Source: Candidatus Borrarchaeum weybense (GTDB lineage Archaea > Asgardarchaeota > Sifarchaeia > Borrarchaeales > Borrarchaeaceae). From it: a stretch of DNA of 64,000 nt. Below are positions 60,428 through 64,000 of this stretch, piece by piece. How positions within the stretch are numbered: position 1 is the stretch's first letter; each line of letters starts with the position of its first letter. The notes beneath the pieces were generated by a model, which did no database searches, was not told the origin of the DNA, and saw only the letters and a list, made by a program, of their open reading frames with translations. A program made the translations under genes and the position numbers. Location: assembly GCA_019057385.1 (NCBI GenBank), contig JAHQJS010000005.1, positions 379,130 through 443,129 of the forward strand, written 5' to 3'.

Positions 60428-61345
60428 ATGCGAGAGGACTGGCCATCAGTCTCGGTTGTAGTACCTGTTCATAACTCAGAGGACACAATAGGAGCTTGTC
60501 TAGAATCTATATTTAACCTCGACTATCCAAAAGATAAATTGGAAGTAATTGTAGTTGATGATTCGACAGATAGAACTCCAGAAATAGTGAAACGTTTCAA
60601 TGTACATCATATTCGGTTTGGCAAACGCGTTGGAATAGGATATGCACGAAGAATCGGAGTTGAAAAGGCTATAGGAGAACTTGCCGCATCAACCGATTCG
60701 GATTGTTGTGCAGATCCAAATTGGTTAAAAGAATTAACAAAACATTTTGAACGTCCAGAAGTCGGAGGTGTTGGAGGAGGCGTTATACTTCACCTAGAAG
60801 ATAAAATGAGTAAGTATATCGGTTATTTAGGCTTTCCAGCTGGAGGTCTAATTGGATATGAAAGTTTGTTTTCTATGACCAAGAATAGGGAATTAGAAAG
60901 ATTATCTACAGCAAATGCAATATTTCGAAGAAAAGTCATATTAGATGTTGGAAATTTTAACTCTTCTTTTTTCTATGGAGGAGAGGACGTTAATTTATCA
61001 TTGAGAATTGCTGAACAATATAAACTAATATTTGAACCTAAGGCAATAGTGCATCATTACGAATCACGTAATACTTTAACTGGATTTATCAAATGGCATA
61101 TCAGAAGAGGGGCTGCATATCATTCGATCCATAGAAGAAAATATAAAGTAGGGCGTACTCTAGGTCAAAAATTCCGCCATTACTTAAATTTATTGTTAAC
61201 TGGCAATTCACCCCTCAGAGAAGTAAGTAAAAAGGATAATGAAATATATTATCCTGTTCTACTATTATTGGCTTCTATAATGATATTTTATACAGGCCTT
61301 GGTTATATCATTGCGTTTCTTCTTGGCGAAGCAAAAGTTCATTAA
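60428..61345 (+). CDS. GT2 glycosyltransferase
   Basis: VSVVVP..N, VVDD, TDSD, GED. Confidence 0.9.
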   Translation: MREDWPSVSVVVPVHNSEDTIGACLESIFNLDYPKDKLEVIVVDDSTDRTPEIVKRFNVHHIRFGKRVGIGYARRIGVEKAIGELAASTDSDCCADPNWLKELTKHFERPEVGGVGGGVILHLEDKMSKYIGYLGFPAGGLIGYESLFSMTKNRELERLSTANAIFRRKVILDVGNFNSSFFYGGEDVNLSLRIAEQYKLIFEPKAIVHHYESRNTLTGFIKWHIRRGAAYHSIHRRKYKVGRTLGQKFRHYLNLLLTGNSPLREVSKKDNEIYYPVLLLLASIMIFYTGLGYIIAFLLGEAKVH

Positions 61346-61439
61346 TTAGATCTTTAAATTGAATTCATTGTTGATATGAAAATACAGCTCTATAAGTCAC
61401 CAATAAAAATGCAGATTCAAAAGATCAAGGCGTGAGAAA

Positions 61440-62663
61440 ATGGCAAGACGACTTTGGGAACTTGGTATTATCCTTGTGCTTCTTGCAGCAATGATTATCA
61501 TAGTAGGAGTAGTGATAATCACAATTGCCCTGATTTTTCAGCAAATCAATAGTCTCAGCCTCACTGAACTTTTAACAACTATCATTTGGCCAGTGCAATT
61601 AAGTGGCTGGTTAGGCTGGCTTATGTATATTGTTTGGTGGTTTTTTCTTGCGGGAATTTGTGTCATTATTTTATCAGGGATCGTAGGGTTGCTTAAACCG
61701 AAAAGGAGAATGCCTGTCAAAACTTCAGCTGAACTTATATCACCTCCGGAAGATCTTAAAGTCGTTGTGACTATACCTGCTTACAATGAGGAAGAAACTA
61801 TTGCGGATGTTATAGAAGGATGCAAAAATTATGCAAGTGAGATTCTAGTGATAGATGATGGATCTACAGACAAAACAAGAGAAATAGCAGAATTGGCAGG
61901 AGTAAAAATTATAATACACAAAATGAACAGGGGTTTAAGCGAGACTATTCAGGATGGCTTAAGAGCAGCATTAAATGCTGGCGCAGATATTATAATAAAT
62001 ATTGATGCAGACGGGCAATATTTACCCAAGGAAATCCCAAAACTAATAAGTCCCATTGTAAACGATGAAGCCGATTTCGTATTGGGCTCACGATTTGCTG
62101 GACACATCGAAGAAATGCCATGGATAAAAAGATTTGGAAATAGACTATTTACACGAGTTGTTCGAACACTTACTAACACTGAAATTAGTGATGGGCAGAC
62201 TGGCTTTAGAGCATTCAATCGAGTGGCTGCCCTGGCGTCAATAGATTTAGCGGGAAGATATACTTATACGCAGGAACAAATTATTCGTTTAATAGAAGAA
62301 GGCTTTCGTGTTGCAGAGGTGCCCATTTATTTTGCAAAGAGAAAAAGTGGATCATCTCGCCTTATTGCGAGTCCATTAGGCTATGGCGCAAAAGCGCTAG
62401 CGGTCACGCTGAGAACATACCGCGATTATCATCCGGTGTTATTTTTTGGAATCCTAGGGGGAATTTTTATCATAGCAGGCATATTACTTGGGGGTTTTGT
62501 GATTATTGAGTGGATAACGACCGGGTTGGTCTTCCATGAATCTACAGCAGTACTTGCAGCTGTGTTTGTAATGAGTGGATTCCAATTCTTATTCTTCGGT
62601 TTTCTTGCTGACATGTTTGCAAACTTAAAGCGACTGACAAAAAGAAATAATGAAAGAAGTTAG
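61440..62663 (+). CDS. GT2 (polyprenol-phosphate glycosyltransferase/DPM-like) with N- and C-terminal TM helices
   Basis: IPAYNEE, IDDGSTD, IDADGQY, GSRF, D.QTGFRA. Confidence 0.9.
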   Translation: MARRLWELGIILVLLAAMIIIVGVVIITIALIFQQINSLSLTELLTTIIWPVQLSGWLGWLMYIVWWFFLAGICVIILSGIVGLLKPKRRMPVKTSAELISPPEDLKVVVTIPAYNEEETIADVIEGCKNYASEILVIDDGSTDKTREIAELAGVKIIIHKMNRGLSETIQDGLRAALNAGADIIINIDADGQYLPKEIPKLISPIVNDEADFVLGSRFAGHIEEMPWIKRFGNRLFTRVVRTLTNTEISDGQTGFRAFNRVAALASIDLAGRYTYTQEQIIRLIEEGFRVAEVPIYFAKRKSGSSRLIASPLGYGAKALAVTLRTYRDYHPVLFFGILGGIFIIAGILLGGFVIIEWITTGLVFHESTAVLAAVFVMSGFQFLFFGFLADMFANLKRLTKRNNERS

Positions 62664-62702
62664 TGAAATTTTTATTAGTCCAACTGAGTATAAGGAAAAT
62701 CG

Positions 62703-63854
62703 ATGATCGACTATAGGGTTTTTCTAACTTACGAGCTTCTAGTGATTGCTTTACCACTTCTGATAATTCTACTGTATTATATTCTTTTTACTATCGTTGT
62801 TTTAGTTCGCTCATCTCCGCCTGTTAAACGTGAAAATGACCTGGATGTCAGCTTTATTGTACCTACCTACAACGAGGAGAGTTATATTAGACAAAAAATT
62901 GGAGCTCTGCGAGAACTAAAGCCTAATGACCAGATAATAGTTGTGGACAGTGGATCAACTGATGCGACTCCATCAATTTTGGATGAATATGCAAGAAAAG
63001 GATACATTGATTTCATCAAAGAAGATACGCGAAAAGGAAAAGCAACTGCTTTAAATAAAGCATTTCTCGAGACAAAAGGGAGAGTCGTAATAATAACAGA
63101 TGCCGATGCGTTTCTGCCTCCTGATAGCGTCAGTAAATTACTAGAGAATTTTGCAGATGAACAGGTAGGAGGTGTCGGAGGTGCTTTAATAGAAGTTAAG
63201 AACAAAGATTTAGACAAAATTGATGTCACTTCTACGTCCTTTTTGAAAGCGCGAGAGACTTTCAGAATTTTAGAAGGCAACCTTGATTCAGTGCCTTTTA
63301 CAGAAGGAAGTTTAGTCGCATTTAGACAAGAACTATTATCTCCACTTCCAATTGATACAATATCTGATGATATGGAATTAGTTCTTTTAGTTAGGGAGAA
63401 AGGCTATAGAGTAGTTTTTGAACCTAAAGCACTTGTTTTAGGAGTTGTTCCAACAAGATATTTAGCAAGATTGAAAAGGAAAATCCGTCATCAAATTGGT
63501 TCAATACAGGCAATAGTCCGTCATAAAAAAATGATGTTTAACACAAAATATGGTTATTTTGGAACGTTTATCATGCCATTCCATGCTTTTCGTCTTCTAA
63601 TTCAGCCCTACCTGGTTTTTTCTTCATTAATTCTTGGTCTAATCTTCTTCCCAGAACTGATTAACGTTCTCTATTCAATCCCTCTCTATTTATATGGCGT
63701 GCTGTTTGTTGCTTATATTCTAATGGAAAGCTTGACCATTCTTGTAAAGCGATATAGCTTACTTTTAGCAGTTTTTCACTTAATTATACTGCAAGGAGTC
63801 ACTGTCATTGCACATATATTATATCACAAAAAGCAGAAATACATTGCCTGGTAA
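62703..63854 (+). CDS. GT2 membrane glycosyltransferase
   Basis: P.YNEE, DSGSTD, GKA.ALN, TDAD, SDD. Confidence 0.88.
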   Translation: MIDYRVFLTYELLVIALPLLIILLYYILFTIVVLVRSSPPVKRENDLDVSFIVPTYNEESYIRQKIGALRELKPNDQIIVVDSGSTDATPSILDEYARKGYIDFIKEDTRKGKATALNKAFLETKGRVVIITDADAFLPPDSVSKLLENFADEQVGGVGGALIEVKNKDLDKIDVTSTSFLKARETFRILEGNLDSVPFTEGSLVAFRQELLSPLPIDTISDDMELVLLVREKGYRVVFEPKALVLGVVPTRYLARLKRKIRHQIGSIQAIVRHKKMMFNTKYGYFGTFIMPFHAFRLLIQPYLVFSSLILGLIFFPELINVLYSIPLYLYGVLFVAYILMESLTILVKRYSLLLAVFHLIILQGVTVIAHILYHKKQKYIAW

Positions 63855-63915
63855 ATGATACAATAAGAAATGATAATTAAAGGATAATCATCACCTCTTA
63901 TTATGTCTCTAGGAA

Positions 63916-64000
63916 GTGAGCTACCTCGTCATACAGCATTGAGGTTTCCTGCTTCAACGACAGACTCGATCCCCTGGCGGGTTACGGAGGTCTTATCTCC
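63916..64000 (-). mobile_element. IS200/IS605 right end / TnpB-type omegaRNA tail, cut by the window edge
   Basis: GTGAGCTACCTCG...GAGGTTTCCTGCTTCAACGAC on the + strand, same end family as 58658 and 7294. Confidence 0.55.

Overview
AT-rich archaeal chromosomal DNA (archaeal rpl11-rpl1-P0-P1-leuS block, archaeal-type PGK, intron-containing tRNAs). An Asgard-like lineage is inferred, not proven, from a decayed SDS22-type LRR gene, a presenilin-like protease and an expanded V4R-like family. The first ~17 kb is accessory. It holds eight paralogous Cys-containing V4R/ATC-hydrolase-like genes (nine domains). A conserved ~55-nt leader (TAAGYGCCRAGGAGGGGCGC...) precedes three of them and an unrelated flavodoxin-family gene. 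Also present are an orphan PAS-PAS histidine kinase with an internal 32-aa repeat, a tRNA-Ile(GAT) split by three non-canonical introns, and a protein-less IscB-type omegaRNA (HEARO-like) element with both IS ends. Short relatives of its ends are scattered through the window. There are two atypical TnpB-family genes, one with the Fanzor-like rearranged RuvC (Gly at the usual Glu, alternative Glu downstream). The rest is mostly housekeeping or metabolic: NAD(P)-type Mtd, argGH, hdrBC, pgk, gcvH, ADP-forming acyl-CoA ligase, thiL, a zinc-ribbon/polyproline membrane-protein cluster and a glycosyltransferase locus. All calls come from reading the sequence by eye; no searches were run.
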